Below, in pieces: positions 63,856 through 64,000 of a stretch of DNA of 64,000 bases. The notes under the pieces were generated by a model. That model did not search any database and was not told where the DNA came from. It worked only from the letters and a program-made list of their open reading frames with translations. Numbering within the stretch: position 1 is the stretch's first letter; each line of letters starts with the position of its first letter. Made by a program: the position numbers and the translations under genes. The DNA is from Malacoraja senta (Eukaryota), in assembly GCA_038087875.1 (NCBI GenBank), contig CM075999.1, positions 3,102,001 to 3,166,000 on the forward strand. Reading direction: 5' to 3'.

Positions 63856-63864
63856 GTTAATCAG

Positions 63865-64000
63865 TGGGTCAGTCAGCATCTGTGGAGAACAAGGATAGGT
63901 GAGGTTTCACAGAGTGCTGGAGTAACTCAGCGGGTCAGGCAGCATCTGTGGAGAACATGGATAGGTGAGGTTTCAGAGTGCTGGAGTAACTCAGCGGGTC
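63865..64000 (-). repeat. 66-bp pLTR-derived tandem array, running off the window end
   Basis: Same unit as 59783-60112. Confidence 0.85.

Overview
Eukaryotic, repeat-dense vertebrate DNA. The repeat content (HE1/V-SINE-type tRNA SINEs, CR1-clade LINEs, Penelope-like elements) points to a cartilaginous fish, probably a skate or ray; this is an inference. The only host gene I can support is the 3' part of the Polycomb gene SCMH1 on the minus strand: eight coding exons covering the Lys/Arg-rich RBR region, the SLED/DUF3588 domain and the C-terminal SAM domain. The MBT exons are not in the window. All eight exons occur twice because 1-21715 is repeated at 22671-44152 across a 200-N gap. This is most likely a false (haplotypic) duplication, and it allows the two alleles to be compared directly. 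The most notable signals are: (1) many short Penelope-derived elements carrying a minimal hammerhead-ribozyme core (CTGAAGA-stem II-GAAACGTC), found as hairpins with 14-17 bp target-site duplications, as tandem arrays, and as one presence/absence polymorphic insertion; (2) a candidate internal first exon (MWPAVYYLK) that would give an MBT-less SCMH1; (3) a 132-nt in-frame SCMH1 exon; (4) several nested MITEs. Most ORFs in the supplied track are repeat or microsatellite artefacts.
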